Part shown: piece by piece, positions 9,775 to 20,609 of the stretch
How the letters are laid out: each line of letters opens with the position of its first letter
How positions within the stretch are numbered: the stretch's first letter is position 1
Origin: Hyalangium minutum
GTDB taxonomy: Bacteria; Myxococcota; Myxococcia; Myxococcales; Myxococcaceae
Assembly (NCBI RefSeq): GCF_000737315.1
Contig: NZ_JMCB01000013.1
Span: forward strand, 62,001-126,000
Length of the DNA stretch: 64,000 nt
Reading direction: 5' to 3'
Notes under the pieces: model-generated
The model's input: only the letters and a program-made list of their open reading frames with translations
What the model was told of the DNA's origin: nothing
Database searches by the model: none
Position numbers and translations under genes: made by a program

Positions 9775-11871
9775 ATGCCGGACTTTCAGATCGTCAGTGA
9801 ACATCAGCCGCAGGGCGACCAGCCGAGGGCCATCGCCGAGCTGACCGAGGGCTTGCTGCGCGGGGACCAGTACCAGACGCTGCTGGGCGTCACGGGCTCG
9901 GGCAAGACATTCACCATGGCGAACGTGATCGCCAACGTGAAGCGGCCCACGCTCATCATCGCGCACAACAAGACCCTGGCCGCTCAGCTGTACGGCGAGT
10001 TCAAGGAAGTCTTCCCGAAGAACGCCGTCGAATACTTCGTCTCCTACTACGACTACTACCAGCCCGAGGCGTACGTCCCCTCGTCGGACACCTTCATCGA
10101 GAAGGACTCGTCCATCAACGACGAGATCGAGCGCATGCGGCACTCGGCCACGCACAGCCTGCGCATCCGCGATGACGTGATCATCGTGGCCAGCGTGTCC
10201 TGCATCTACGGCCTGGGCACGGCGCGCTCCTACGTGGACCTGGCCATCACCGTGAACCTGGGCGAGGACCTGGGCCGGGACGCGCTCATGCGCCGGCTGG
10301 TCGAGGCCCAGTACGAGCGCAACGACTTCGACTTCCATCGCGGTACCTTCCGCGCTCGCGGCGACACCGTGGAGATCTTCCCGGCCTACGAGGAGGAGCG
10401 CGCCGTCCGCGTGAGCTTCTTCGGCGACGAGGTGGAGAAGATCACCGAGTTCGATCCGCTGCGTGGCGTCACCCTGGGGGCACTGGAGAAGATTGTCGTC
10501 TTCCCCGCCAGCCACTACGTGACCGAGGCGGACACCCGCAAGCGAGCCTTGCAGACGATCCGTGACGAGCTGGCCGAGCGCCTCAGCCTCTTCCGCAAGG
10601 AGGGCAAGCTCCTGGAGGCACAGCGGCTCGAGCAGCGCACCATGTTCGATCTGGAGATGATCGAGCAGGTGGGGTTCTGCAATGGCATCGAGAACTACTC
10701 GCGCCACTTCTCGGGCCGGGCGCCCGGCGAGCCTCCTCCGTGCCTGATCGACTACTTCCCACGGAACATGCTCATCCTCATCGATGAGAGTCACCAGACC
10801 GTTCCTCAGATCGGCGCGATGTACCGCGGCGACCGCTCGCGCAAGGAGACGCTGGTGAATTTCGGCTTCCGGCTCCCCAGCGCCATGGACAACCGCCCGC
10901 TGAAGTTCGGCGAGTTCGAGGGCATGGTGCAGCAGGCCGTCTTCGTCTCGGCCACTCCCTCCGAGTACGAGCTGCAGAAGAGCCGAGGCGTGGTGGTGGA
11001 GCAGATCATCCGCCCCACGGGCCTGATGGATCCTCCCGTGGAGGTCCGCCCCGCATCCAACCAGGTGGACGATCTGCTGGAGCATGTCCGTGTGCGCGTG
11101 GCCCGTCAGGAGCGCGTGCTGGTGACGACGCTCACCAAGCGCATGGCGGAGGATCTCACCGAGTACTTCAGCGATGTGGGTGTGAAGGTGCGCTACCTGC
11201 ACTCGGACATCGACGCCATCGAGCGCACGGCCATTATCCGCGACCTGCGCAAGGGTGTCTTCGACGTGCTGGTGGGCATCAACCTGCTGCGCGAGGGCCT
11301 CGACATCCCCGAGGTCTCCCTGGTGGCCATTTTGGACGCGGACAAGGAGGGCTTCCTGCGCAGCCACGTCTCGCTCATCCAGACCATTGGCCGCGCGGCC
11401 CGTAACCTCAACGGCCAGGTCATCATGTACTCGGATCAGATGACCGACTCGATGAAGCTGGCCATCGAGGAGACCAACCGCCGCCGCGAGGTGCAGCGCA
11501 AGTACAACGAGGAGCACAACATCACCCCGCGCTCGGTCAAAAGCGCCATCCTCGATCTGTCCCAGCAGCTCTACGGCGCGGACCCCATGGCGCTGCCTCT
11601 GGCTGCCGACGGGGCGAACGATCTGCTCATCCCGAAGGAGATCAAGCGCCTCATCGAGGAGTACACCAAGGACATGCAGCGCGCGGCGGACGAGATGGAG
11701 TTCGAGAAGGCCGCCCAGTTCCGCGACCGCATCCTGCTGCTCAAGGACATGGACCTGGGCCTCAAGCCCCCCAGCCGCACGCTGCTCGCCGAGCCCCCCA
11801 AGCCCGCCGAGCCCCAGGGCCCTATGAAGGGCCGCCGAGGCGCCGCTGGCAAGAGGGGCAGGAGGCGCTAG
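9775..11871 (+). CDS. uvrB: Excinuclease ABC subunit B
   Basis: [60 protein letters not shown]; start MPDFQIV at 9775. Confidence 0.98.
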   Translation: MPDFQIVSEHQPQGDQPRAIAELTEGLLRGDQYQTLLGVTGSGKTFTMANVIANVKRPTLIIAHNKTLAAQLYGEFKEVFPKNAVEYFVSYYDYYQPEAYVPSSDTFIEKDSSINDEIERMRHSATHSLRIRDDVIIVASVSCIYGLGTARSYVDLAITVNLGEDLGRDALMRRLVEAQYERNDFDFHRGTFRARGDTVEIFPAYEEERAVRVSFFGDEVEKITEFDPLRGVTLGALEKIVVFPASHYVTEADTRKRALQTIRDELAERLSLFRKEGKLLEAQRLEQRTMFDLEMIEQVGFCNGIENYSRHFSGRAPGEPPPCLIDYFPRNMLILIDESHQTVPQIGAMYRGDRSRKETLVNFGFRLPSAMDNRPLKFGEFEGMVQQAVFVSATPSEYELQKSRGVVVEQIIRPTGLMDPPVEVRPASNQVDDLLEHVRVRVARQERVLVTTLTKRMAEDLTEYFSDVGVKVRYLHSDIDAIERTAIIRDLRKGVFDVLVGINLLREGLDIPEVSLVAILDADKEGFLRSHVSLIQTIGRAARNLNGQVIMYSDQMTDSMKLAIEETNRRREVQRKYNEEHNITPRSVKSAILDLSQQLYGADPMALPLAADGANDLLIPKEIKRLIEEYTKDMQRAADEMEFEKAAQFRDRILLLKDMDLGLKPPSRTLLAEPPKPAEPQGPMKGRRGAAGKRGRRR

Positions 11872-11877
11872 CTCATC

Positions 11878-13818
11878 ATGAATGCCCGGCTCCAGGAGAA
11901 GCTCGACGCGCTGCCCACCGAGCCCGGCGTGTACCTGATGAAGGACCGCCGCGGCACCGTCATCTACGTCGGCAAGGCCATCAATCTGCGCAACCGGGTG
12001 CGCTCGTACTTCACCCGTACGGGCGACACGCGCGTCTTCGTGTCGATGCTCGACTCGATCCTCGGGGACATCGAGACGGTGCTCGTCCACAACGAGAAGG
12101 AGGCCCTCCTCCTCGAGAACGAGCTCATCAAGAAGCACAAGCCGCGCTTCAACGTCCTGCTCAAGGACGACAAGCAGTTCATCTCGCTGCGGCTCGACAA
12201 GACCCAGGACTTCCCCCGCCTGGAGGTCGTCCGGAAATACGATAGAGACGGCGCGCGGTACTTTGGACCCTATTCCAGCGCGGGAGCCATCCGCGAGACG
12301 CTGCGCCTCATCAACCGCTACTTCCGGCTGCGCACGTGCACGGATCACGTGATGGCCAACCGGAAGCGGCCCTGCCTGCTGTACCAGATCGGCCGCTGCC
12401 CGGCGCCCTGTGTCTACCCGGTGTCTCCCGAGGACTACGGGCGCAGCGTGAACGAGGTGGTGCTCTTCCTGGAGGGCAAGGCCACCGAGCTGGTGGAGGG
12501 CATCAAGGGACGCATGAAGGGGGCCGCCTCGGAGCTGAAGTTCGAGGAGGCCGCGCGCCTGCGCGATCAGCTCCGGGCCATCGAGCGCAGCCTGGAGCGC
12601 CAGAAGGCTGTCACCACCGACTTCAAGGATCAGGACGTGTTCGCCTTCTTCCGCGAGGGCGATCGCATCCTCTTCTACGTCCTGTGGGTGCGGCAGGGCC
12701 GGCTCAACGGTGGCCAGGCCTTCCCATTCGGCAGCCAGGAGTTCCCGGACGAGGAGCTGCTGCCCTCGTTCGTGAACCTCTACTACGACCAAGGCAGCTT
12801 CGTGCCGGAGGAGGTGCTGCTGCCGCTGGATCCGGAGAGCCTCGAGGGCTTGGAGTCCCTCCTCACCGAGCGCCGGGGCGAGAGGGTCCGCGTCATGGTG
12901 CCCAAGCGCGGCGAGAAGCACGACCTGGTGCTCATGGCCGCCAAGAACGCCGAGCAGGCCTTCACCGAGCGCAAGCGCACCAAGGAGGAGACCGACGCCG
13001 TCCTGTCGCGGCTCCAGCAGAAGCTCAACCTGCGCAACTTCCCGCGCCGGATGGAGTGCTTCGACATCTCTCACTTCCAGGGCTCCAGCATCGTCGCCTC
13101 GCAGGTGGCCGTCACCGATGGCGAGACGGACAAGTCCCGCTACCGCAAGTACAAGATCAAGACCCTGGAGAAGCAGGACGACTTCGCCAGCATGTACGAG
13201 GTGCTCTCCCGCCGCCTCAAGCGCGGCCTGGAGGAGAACGATCTGCCGGACCTGCTCGTCATTGACGGTGGCAAGGGCCAGTTGGCCAGTGTCCACGCGG
13301 CCATGAAGGACCTGGGAGTCGAGAAGGTGGACGTGGTAGGTCTTGCCAAGAGTCGCGACCAAGAAGTCTTTGATCGCGACGCTGAAAGCGCTCGCAGCCC
13401 GGAGCGCGTGTTCGTGCTGGGGCGGAAAGATCCGGTCGTCCTGCCCCAGAACTCGGCGGAAATCTTCATGCTGACCCGGATGCGGGACGAGGCCCACCGC
13501 TTCGCCATCACCTACCAGCAGAAGGACCTGAGGAAGAGCCGCGTCCGCTCGGCGCTGGAGGACATTCCGGGGGTGGGCGAGGTGCGCCGGAAGACACTGC
13601 TGCGCCACTTCGGATCACTGAAGCGTGTTCAGGAGGCCACCATCGAGGATCTGGCCGAAGTGGTTGGCCCCTCAGTGGCCGAGCGGGTCCATGCGGCCCT
13701 CCACGGCCACCCGGAGGAGGAGGACGTAGACCCCATCCGTGAGGCGTCTCTGGCCGACGCCGGAGCCACGCAAGACGAAAAATCCTCCGAAGGAGGGTCG
13801 CCAGCCGGTGGGGCGTGA
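11878..13818 (+). CDS. uvrC: Excinuclease ABC subunit C
   Basis: [66 protein letters not shown], HhH IPGVG. Confidence 0.98.
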   Translation: MNARLQEKLDALPTEPGVYLMKDRRGTVIYVGKAINLRNRVRSYFTRTGDTRVFVSMLDSILGDIETVLVHNEKEALLLENELIKKHKPRFNVLLKDDKQFISLRLDKTQDFPRLEVVRKYDRDGARYFGPYSSAGAIRETLRLINRYFRLRTCTDHVMANRKRPCLLYQIGRCPAPCVYPVSPEDYGRSVNEVVLFLEGKATELVEGIKGRMKGAASELKFEEAARLRDQLRAIERSLERQKAVTTDFKDQDVFAFFREGDRILFYVLWVRQGRLNGGQAFPFGSQEFPDEELLPSFVNLYYDQGSFVPEEVLLPLDPESLEGLESLLTERRGERVRVMVPKRGEKHDLVLMAAKNAEQAFTERKRTKEETDAVLSRLQQKLNLRNFPRRMECFDISHFQGSSIVASQVAVTDGETDKSRYRKYKIKTLEKQDDFASMYEVLSRRLKRGLEENDLPDLLVIDGGKGQLASVHAAMKDLGVEKVDVVGLAKSRDQEVFDRDAESARSPERVFVLGRKDPVVLPQNSAEIFMLTRMRDEAHRFAITYQQKDLRKSRVRSALEDIPGVGEVRRKTLLRHFGSLKRVQEATIEDLAEVVGPSVAERVHAALHGHPEEEDVDPIREASLADAGATQDEKSSEGGSPAGGA

Positions 13819-13823
13819 TTAAT

Positions 13824-13886
13824 TTTCTCCTCGGGAATTTCGAGGGAAAAAGTACTCCGGAACCGTGTGGTTCCAAGGGTTTTTCA
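13824..13886 (+). terminator. Possible terminator hairpins after uvrC
   Basis: Imperfect hairpin ttttctcctcg/[13 protein letters not shown] GGAACC-gtgt-GGTTCC followed by aagggtttttc. Confidence 0.3.
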
Positions 13887-13958
13887 TTGCGGCTGGGCGC
13901 GGCGCTGTTTTATAGCGATCGCGTTCTAGGCACGCAGAAGAGGGTGAGGGAGCGACAC

Positions 13959-14477
13959 ATGAGGCTCTATCCGAAGGTGATCCCGATCATCTCGCGCGAG
14001 TGCATCCAGTTGCTGATGCAGGACGGGGATGTCGAGGTGGAGCCGATGCGGGTGGCGGACGCGGAGATGGACCTGTCGGCCATCATGCGCGAGTACTTGG
14101 CCAACGAGGAGCGCGTGAACCAGGCCACCCGCGAGGCCCTGGAGCGGCGCGGCTACGACTACTCCAAGTTCAATCAGGTCAAGCGTGAGATGGCCGACGT
14201 TCGCGGCTTCAAGATGGGCGACGAAGGCATCGAGTACGTCATCAACCAGATGATCGAGTTCCTGCTGATCAGCCGGAACGTCGAGGAAGTGTTCGCCGCC
14301 GATAACAACCTGCGTCAGAAGATCTTCCAGGTGATGAAGAAGCACCTGGACGTGGACGACGAGATCGACAAGGAGGCGCGCTCCCGCCTGAAGCACCTGC
14401 AGGAGGGCACCAGCGCCTTCGACATCGAGTACAACAAGACGGTGGAGCAGATCCGCCGGGCGCGCGGGCTGATCTAG
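13959..14477 (+). CDS. DUF507-family protein
   Basis: MRLYPKVIPIISRECIQLL...VFAADNNLRQKI...EIDKEARSRLKHLQEGTSAFDIEYNK; recognised from family pattern, RBS gaggg upstream. Confidence 0.7.
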   Translation: MRLYPKVIPIISRECIQLLMQDGDVEVEPMRVADAEMDLSAIMREYLANEERVNQATREALERRGYDYSKFNQVKREMADVRGFKMGDEGIEYVINQMIEFLLISRNVEEVFAADNNLRQKIFQVMKKHLDVDDEIDKEARSRLKHLQEGTSAFDIEYNKTVEQIRRARGLI

Positions 14478-14531
14478 CGGGGCGTGCCAACCCCCGTACC
14501 GCTGCCTACCTTGTGTGGAAGGGAGGCAGCG

Positions 14532-16145
14532 ATGGTGGGAACTCTCTTTCAAGTGACGATGGTTGGACTCCTGGCGGCGGCGCCGTCAGGAGGCTTCACG
14601 TTCGAGGGCATCCAAGCGAGCGCTCGGACGACGTCCCCCGTAGGCTATTTCGCCCAGGGGACCACGCCTTACCCCAACATCTACGAGCGAGGCACCGGCT
14701 CGGCGACGCTGACGGCGGAGGACCGCGTCCCCGCCTGGGGCGCCACGTACGGCGACAAGGGCCGCGTGGAGGCCGAGTTCCGGCTCGGGCAGGCGCAGTA
14801 CCGTGTGGAGCTCACCCAGCCCGGCTTTCCGCCCCAGCAGGCTTCAGGCGGCTCGCCTGCTCCGCGGCCGAGCTTCCCGGTGGCGGGTGGGGTGCTCCTG
14901 GATCATGACCTGAATGGCGCGAGCGGGCTCGGGTGGATGGCCACGACGCAGGTGCACGCTGCCGTGGTGGTGTGGGGCGTGGGCAGCGTTTGGCGCAACG
15001 GGCAGCTGATCACGGACACCGCGCTGATTCAGGCCGCGGCGCTCTCGCATGGCTCGCACGCGGATGACGAGACGCACCGCATCCTCGCGGCGGCGCGGGC
15101 GGGGGACACCGAGCTGGATGTGCTCGTGTGGAACCTGCCGCAGAGCGCCGAGCCGCGCGGCTTCCTTCAGTTCTCCTTCGATGATGTGGAGATCGAGCTG
15201 AATGATCGGCCCGTGAACTCCGTGGCCGTGGTGCCGAACGTCCAGGGCGTAGAGTCGGGCGGGGTGGTGCCGGTGACTGGCGGGTTCGGAGGGAATGGGA
15301 TCTTCGTGGCTCCTACGCCGGCTCCGGCACCGGGGCAGGGCGTAGGTGGCTCGGGCTTTGACGTCACGGCACCGCCCCAGACGGGAACGCCGGGTGGCCC
15401 GGTGACGCCGGTGAGCCCTGGGACGCTGGGCGGGCCCGCTTCCGCGAACCTTGGCGCGACGCCAGGGGTGAGCGTGGGCACGGAGGCCACGCAGCAGGGC
15501 ACTGCGGCAACGGGCTCTCCGGGAGTCCCTTCTCAGCCCGTCACCGGTCCTGTGACGAGTGTGACCACCGTGGGACCCGGCGCCGTGACGCCGGACACCA
15601 TCAGCGGCACCTTCCCGACGCTGGGTGCGCCGACGCCCCCCGCGAACATCTCGGGCTCCATGCCGGGCACGCCCGCGCCGGGCTCGTTGCTCGCCACGGA
15701 GCAGACGGTGGTGCCAGGCACGCCCGCGCCGGGAGCTCCTGCGGAGGCGGGGGTGGCCATCAACTCGACGACGCCCACGCTGTCCAACTCGGGGAACTTC
15801 ACCGTGCCCATCTCTCCGCCGAACTTCAACAGCTTCGCGGGGACGGGGCAGGTGAGCCCGGGCATCATCGCCACGGCGCCGCCGATCGGGACGGATCCAA
15901 CGATCCCCACGCCGCCGTTGCTCGGCTCGCCCGCGCCACTCACCGCTGCGTCGGGGACGCCGCTGCTCGGTACGCCCGCGCCGCTGACGGCCGCGCCTCC
16001 GCCCGCGCTGATCACGACGCCCGCGCCCGTGAATGCGACGCCGGGGAGTACCACCGCGGCACCTGTTGCGCCGATTCCTGGGATTCCCGCGACGAGCGCT
16101 CCGGTCACGTCTCCGGGGAGCACGGGAGTTCCGCCCTCCATCTGA
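14532..16145 (+). CDS. Exported hypothetical protein with long Pro/Gly/Thr-rich low-complexity tail
   Basis: N-terminal hydrophobic segment, ~240 aa globular region, then ~290 aa of PGTPAPG/TPAPLTA-type repeats; RBS ggagg before ATG 14532. Confidence 0.7.
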   Translation: MVGTLFQVTMVGLLAAAPSGGFTFEGIQASARTTSPVGYFAQGTTPYPNIYERGTGSATLTAEDRVPAWGATYGDKGRVEAEFRLGQAQYRVELTQPGFPPQQASGGSPAPRPSFPVAGGVLLDHDLNGASGLGWMATTQVHAAVVVWGVGSVWRNGQLITDTALIQAAALSHGSHADDETHRILAAARAGDTELDVLVWNLPQSAEPRGFLQFSFDDVEIELNDRPVNSVAVVPNVQGVESGGVVPVTGGFGGNGIFVAPTPAPAPGQGVGGSGFDVTAPPQTGTPGGPVTPVSPGTLGGPASANLGATPGVSVGTEATQQGTAATGSPGVPSQPVTGPVTSVTTVGPGAVTPDTISGTFPTLGAPTPPANISGSMPGTPAPGSLLATEQTVVPGTPAPGAPAEAGVAINSTTPTLSNSGNFTVPISPPNFNSFAGTGQVSPGIIATAPPIGTDPTIPTPPLLGSPAPLTAASGTPLLGTPAPLTAAPPPALITTPAPVNATPGSTTAAPVAPIPGIPATSAPVTSPGSTGVPPSI

Positions 16146-16196
16146 GCAGGGCGGAGCGAGCGGAAAAGAGTGGTGGTACGCGCCTTTGCAGAGCGG

Positions 16197-16223
16197 GCCG
16201 CTCAGGTCTTCGTCCTGAGCGGC
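16197..16223 (+). terminator. Perfect 10-bp hairpin, likely terminator/processing stem
   Basis: GCCGCTCAGG-tcttcgt-CCTGAGCGGC downstream of the 14532..16145 gene; no classical U-tract. Confidence 0.4.
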
Positions 16224-16266
16224 TCGAAAAATTGACCGTTCGCTACGTGCCTGTAGCGTTCTGGCC

Positions 16267-16644
16267 ATGTCGACGTCCGTTGCCGCCTTTGCCGTCCCCG
16301 CGACTTCTCGCCACGCCAGCGACGATCCGCTGAGCGAGGCGATGGAGAACCTGGCTCGCGCACTGCCCGAGCGTACGGACGCGGCCGTGCTCGTGGACCT
16401 CCTCGGGGATGATCTCCGGGAGGGGCTCGATGCGCTCGGAGATGTGGAGTGCCACTTCGCCGACGTGCTCGATGCCATGCGCCTTCCGAGACCGGCTCCC
16501 ATGACGCTGGTGGACGTGAGCGATGATCAGCTCGTGCTCGAGCGGCTCGAGGTCATCGTGGGCGTGGTGTCGTCGGTGCGGCGGCGTCTCTCGCAGGCGG
16601 CGGGGATGATGCGCCAGCTGCCGCTCCCGCTGGGCGACAGCTAG
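16267..16644 (+). CDS. Hypothetical helical protein (125 aa)
   Basis: ORF with typical high-GC3 codon usage fills the gap between a hairpin and the convergent operon. Confidence 0.6.
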   Translation: MSTSVAAFAVPATSRHASDDPLSEAMENLARALPERTDAAVLVDLLGDDLREGLDALGDVECHFADVLDAMRLPRPAPMTLVDVSDDQLVLERLEVIVGVVSSVRRRLSQAAGMMRQLPLPLGDS

Positions 16645-16685
16645 CACGAGGGCCGCCGCGTTCGCGGCCCCCGTGGCTCCGTGGC

Positions 16686-18005
16686 TCAGAGCGAGCCCAG
16701 GAACTTCACCAGTGCCTCGCGATCCGGGGCCGACATCGCGCGGAAGCGCTCCCGCGAGCGCTCGGCCTCGCCTCCGTGCCAGAGGATGGCCTCCTCCAGC
16801 GTGCGTGCGCGGCCATCGTGCAGGTAGCCCGCGTAGGGCAGCACCGTCTGCGTCAGCCCAACCCCCCAGAGCGGCGCGGTCCGCCACTCGTTGCCGTCCG
16901 CCACGCCATCCGGCCGTCCATCCGCGAGCCCTGGCCCCATATCGTGCAGCAACAGGTCCGTGTACGGGTGGATGCGCTCGTGGGCCAGCTCCGGCAGCGG
17001 GTGGTCCCCCGTCTCGAGCGTCTCGCGGTGGCAGCTCTCGCACCCGGCGGAGCGGAAGAGCTTCTCGCCCTCCTGCACGTCCGCGTTGTCGAGGGCGGTG
17101 CGCGCCGGCACGCCGAGCGACTGCGCGTAGAAGGCCGCGGCCTCCAGCGTCGTCCTCGACAGGTCGTGGGTGCCGTCGGGCTCTGGGAAGAGCGGGTTGG
17201 TGACGCCCATGTCGTTGACATAGGCCTCGGCCGATTGCTGGAGCAGATTGGGGCTGTTCGCCTTCAGCCCGAAGCGTCCCGGGGCCAGCGCCTGCGCTTG
17301 GACATCCCAGACCTCGTTGAGGCGGCCGGAGATGCCGTCACCGTTCTTGTCGTTCGGATCCTCCATGGCGCGCAGGGTGGAGGTGGGCACGGCCTCGAGC
17401 AACCCCAGCCCAAAGACGGGAGGCGGCAGCCGCAGCGAGGTGAGCAGGTCCGGAGGCAGCGAGGAGCCGTCGCTCGGGGTGATCTGGATGCGCGGAGACC
17501 GCAGGCTGAAGGCCGCCCCATCTCCGTAGGTGCCAGAGCTCTCCTCCCAGGACAGCGCGACCGAGGCCTCGGGCGTGTAGCCGTAGACGGCCTGGTCGGC
17601 GATCTGGATGCCCAAGCCCGGCACGGGGACGGCGCCGTTCGGGTGGTTCAGCGTGCCGCTGGGGAGGCTGACGCGGACCAGGAGCTGGGTGCGCTGCGGC
17701 CCGGTGCCCATCACCGGCATGCCGCGCCCATTGCGCAGGTGGCAGCCGTTGCACGAGGTGTTGTTGTAGAGCGGCCCCAGCCCCGGGTTCACGGGCGCCA
17801 TACCCGGGACGAACACCGCCGCGAACGCACTGTCCCCCACCCGGTGCAGCGTGAGCTGCTCGGGCGTGAGGTTGGGGGCAGGCTGGGCAAATGCCAGCGA
17901 GGTCCGATCATCAATGGTGGTGGCGCCTCCCGCGCGAGGCGGCTCGGAGTCTCCGCAGCCCGAGAGCAGCGCCACCACGGCGCCCAGTGTCATGGCCTGT
18001 CGCAT
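16686..18005 (-). CDS. Di-heme oxidoreductase-family (DHOR) lipoprotein
   Basis: Lipobox LLSGC; two heme motifs CNGCH and CESCH; GLGPLYN, GRFGLKA, HPYTDLLLHDMG, EWRTAPLWGVG, YLHDGRARTLEEAILWHGGE. Confidence 0.9.
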   Translation of the reverse strand: MRQAMTLGAVVALLSGCGDSEPPRAGGATTIDDRTSLAFAQPAPNLTPEQLTLHRVGDSAFAAVFVPGMAPVNPGLGPLYNNTSCNGCHLRNGRGMPVMGTGPQRTQLLVRVSLPSGTLNHPNGAVPVPGLGIQIADQAVYGYTPEASVALSWEESSGTYGDGAAFSLRSPRIQITPSDGSSLPPDLLTSLRLPPPVFGLGLLEAVPTSTLRAMEDPNDKNGDGISGRLNEVWDVQAQALAPGRFGLKANSPNLLQQSAEAYVNDMGVTNPLFPEPDGTHDLSRTTLEAAAFYAQSLGVPARTALDNADVQEGEKLFRSAGCESCHRETLETGDHPLPELAHERIHPYTDLLLHDMGPGLADGRPDGVADGNEWRTAPLWGVGLTQTVLPYAGYLHDGRARTLEEAILWHGGEAERSRERFRAMSAPDREALVKFLGSL

Positions 18006-18024
18006 CGCAATCCCCCCAGAATGC

Positions 18025-19107
18025 TCAGCGCGACGTGAAGGGCTTCACGTCGGTCTCGATGGAGTTCTGGAGCTTGCGGATGGCGACCTGCGCGGCCTCG
18101 ATCTCGTCCGCCGCGTTCGGATTCTTGATGGACTCGCGGAACGGCTCGGGGATCTTCGCGAGCGCCTCAATGGCGGCGGTGATCTCCTGGCGGATGCGGG
18201 CGTCGACCTCGGGCTTCTCGGACTTCACCAGCGCCGACAGCGTGTGCTCGCTCGGGGTCGCGCCCGGCAGGCGGCCCAGGTAGACGTTCTCCACACTGCG
18301 GATGTTGTTGGAGAAGTCAGACAGCGAGTTGTAGGCGAACTGGCTCTCCACCAGCTCCGGATCCTTCGCGTCGTACGGGTCGGCGATCTTCCCGTTCGCC
18401 ACCTCGTCCAGGATGTTGATCATGCCGCCGACCATCTCCTGGGCCGCGGTCTCCACGGAGGGATAGGCGGTGTTGCCCGCCGTGCCCGCTCCGGCCAGCA
18501 CGTCCCGGTACGGCAGGCGGCCGTCCACGGACTGGGTCCACGCGTTCGACAGCGCGGCGCCGATGTTCTTCAGCTCGGCGGAGATGGCCTTCAGGTAGTC
18601 GAACTGGCGCTGGTTGAAGTCCGACACCTTCTTGGTGCGGCCCTCGTCGAAGAGGAGGTACTCCATCGTGTGGAAGCCCTTCTGCGTCTCCTGGAGGGTG
18701 CTCACGTAGCCCGGGGTGAAGTCGTCATTGCTGGCCAGGACCGCGTCCAGGTCCGAGCGGTTCACCGGCCAGCTGTCCAGCGCCGGGTCGTAGCCGTACG
18801 AGTCCACGGGTCCGAACAGGAAGCCCTCGCTCTGCTCCCAGGGCGTGCGCGCGGCGAACCAGGCCTCCTGGGCCGCGGTGAGCTTCGCCTGAGTGGGATC
18901 GGCGATGAGTGCATTCACCGCCACATCCAGCGCGTTCAGCCGCGTGGACAGCTGCTGGTAGGTGGGTACCACCACGTCATCCGCGAGGTGGTTGATGATC
19001 TGCGGATCGAACGCGTGCTGGGACTGCTCTCCGTCATCGGCGCAGGCGGACAGCGCCAGCGCGCCGGCGAGGGTGAGGACACGGAAGGGGAGACGGGTGA
19101 GCTTCAT
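18025..19107 (-). CDS. Imelysin-family (M75-like) iron-regulated lipoprotein
   Basis: Lipobox ALSAC; WEQSEGFLFGP, LDSWP, KGFHTMEYLLF (GxHxxE), ESQFAYNSLSDFSNNIRSVENVYLG. Confidence 0.9.
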   Translation of the reverse strand: MKLTRLPFRVLTLAGALALSACADDGEQSQHAFDPQIINHLADDVVVPTYQQLSTRLNALDVAVNALIADPTQAKLTAAQEAWFAARTPWEQSEGFLFGPVDSYGYDPALDSWPVNRSDLDAVLASNDDFTPGYVSTLQETQKGFHTMEYLLFDEGRTKKVSDFNQRQFDYLKAISAELKNIGAALSNAWTQSVDGRLPYRDVLAGAGTAGNTAYPSVETAAQEMVGGMINILDEVANGKIADPYDAKDPELVESQFAYNSLSDFSNNIRSVENVYLGRLPGATPSEHTLSALVKSEKPEVDARIRQEITAAIEALAKIPEPFRESIKNPNAADEIEAAQVAIRKLQNSIETDVKPFTSR

Positions 19108-19134
19108 GTGAGGAACCTCCTGGGAGCGGTGAAG

Positions 19135-20547
19135 TCAGTAAGAGAAGCCGGTGGAGACACGGACTGTGTTCTCCGGACGGAAGCGTGAGGAGTCGCCGAG
19201 GCGGCGGTGGCTGAAGTCGAGCTTCCCGAAGCCCATTCCCGCCAGGGTGTACGCCGCGCCGACCGTGTAGATGGAGCGTTCAAAGCGCGCGTTGTCGAAG
19301 AGCTCCGTGCGCGGTTTCACAATCGAGTCCGCGTAGTCGAAGCGGACGTAGGGCTCGAGCCGGTGGGCCTCGCTCAGTCCCAGGCGCGGGGCGATGTCGA
19401 AGCCCAGCTCGGCCCAGACGGCCAGTGCGTGGTCGGCCACGGGCGTGCGCGGCACGTTGAGAAAGTTGGACAGACGCGCGTTGCGCGCGGAGATGGCCCC
19501 CGCGTTCTGCAAGTAGCCCCACATCGCCAGCGCCTTGGCGCGCCACGGGCCCTGCTCCAGCGACAGGTGCGCGTCCAGCAGCAGCAGCGGCGCGGACACA
19601 TAGCCGCAGGGCGCCACGTCACGCGGGTTGCCGTCCTCGCACAGCTTCAGGAGGTCCGGCTTGGGACGGTTGCGCGTCGAGTCCCCGTAGTACCCCGAAG
19701 CCCCGAAGACGAGCCCGTCGAAGCGGGTGACGTCCGCACGCAGCACGGCGGCGAGGTCCGTCGCGCGGACCATCTCGAAGCGGCGCTGGTGCCCCTCGGC
19801 CACCCAGCGCTGCGAGCTGAAGGCGGTGGAGTCCAGCCCGTTCACCACCTGCGCCGTGAGCTGCATGCCGCCCACCTTCGCGACGGCCTGCAGCCCCATC
19901 TCGTCCCACGTGTTGGGGATGATCAGCGTCTCGGCCTCCGAGCGGATCGTCCCCAGGTACTGGGTCGGGCGGTAGAACGCGCTCAGCGTCCCCACCGCCA
20001 CGTAGAAGCGCCCGAGCGACACGGCGAAGTGCTCGCCGAACTCCTTCTTCAGGTAGAGCTCCTCGATGAGGACCTCGCCGCCCTTGTCCACCTCTTGCTC
20101 GAACTCGCCGAACTCCTCGTACTCGAGCTCCATCGCCGAGCCGGTGCCGCCGTGCTCGAACTCCACCTCCACCTCGGCCTCGATCCCGTACTCGGGCAGG
20201 CCGCCCTCCACTTCCAGCACCACCCGCGTCGTGTCGAACGTCAGCCGCGAGTCCTTCTGTGCGCCGCCCTCGCGGTTCTGGTTCAGCCCGTGGTTGTAGT
20301 AGGCGAACTGCAGATCCGCGTACCCGCCGACCGCCACCTTCAGCTTCGGGCGCTTCTTCTTGTGCTCGTCCTCCTCGTCCTCGTCCCGGTCCTCGTCCTT
20401 GTGGACCTTGGCCTGACGGTACTCCTGGGCCTCGCGGCGCTCCTGGGCTTCCTTCTCTTCCTCCTCGCGCTCCTCGGCGCGGGAGACGAAGGGCGAGAAC
20501 AGGGTGACGGCACACAGCAGGGCGGAGAAGAGGATGGAGGGGCGCAT
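19135..20547 (-). CDS. Outer-membrane beta-barrel/porin heading the iron-uptake operon
   Basis: Signal peptide; EVEVEFEHGG, EELYL, GRFYVAVG, IIPNTWDEMG patterns typical of porin-like proteins in imelysin operons; aromatic C-terminus STGFSY. Confidence 0.75.
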   Translation of the reverse strand: MRPSILFSALLCAVTLFSPFVSRAEEREEEEKEAQERREAQEYRQAKVHKDEDRDEDEEDEHKKKRPKLKVAVGGYADLQFAYYNHGLNQNREGGAQKDSRLTFDTTRVVLEVEGGLPEYGIEAEVEVEFEHGGTGSAMELEYEEFGEFEQEVDKGGEVLIEELYLKKEFGEHFAVSLGRFYVAVGTLSAFYRPTQYLGTIRSEAETLIIPNTWDEMGLQAVAKVGGMQLTAQVVNGLDSTAFSSQRWVAEGHQRRFEMVRATDLAAVLRADVTRFDGLVFGASGYYGDSTRNRPKPDLLKLCEDGNPRDVAPCGYVSAPLLLLDAHLSLEQGPWRAKALAMWGYLQNAGAISARNARLSNFLNVPRTPVADHALAVWAELGFDIAPRLGLSEAHRLEPYVRFDYADSIVKPRTELFDNARFERSIYTVGAAYTLAGMGFGKLDFSHRRLGDSSRFRPENTVRVSTGFSY

Positions 20548-20574
20548 CGATCGGCGCGCACCCTAGCCAGGAAG

Positions 20575-20603
20575 AATTTGATTTTGCAAATCGGAATCAA
20601 TTT
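20575..20603 (-). promoter_or_regulatory. Putative Fur-type operator overlapping promoter of the iron operon
   Basis: AT-rich near-palindrome in GC-rich DNA; minus strand AATTGATTCCGATTTGCAAAATCAAAT resembles TTGAAAATGATTTTCAA-type boxes; candidate TTGCAA-N18-TAGGGT promoter. Confidence 0.55.
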
Positions 20604-20609
20604 GAGCGC

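Noticed and set aside
9760-13608. 1282-aa antisense ORF over uvrB/uvrC (and similar long shadow ORFs at 5230..8160, 28786..30495, 57493..59499, 60024..61892)
   Set aside because: High GC3 codon bias keeps the mirror frame open; the translations have no motifs and fully overlap well-supported genes.
15650-16040. Recurrent cccgcgcc-containing DNA repeats
   Set aside because: They encode the PAP peptide repeats; there is no constant repeat/spacer periodicity, so this is not a CRISPR array.
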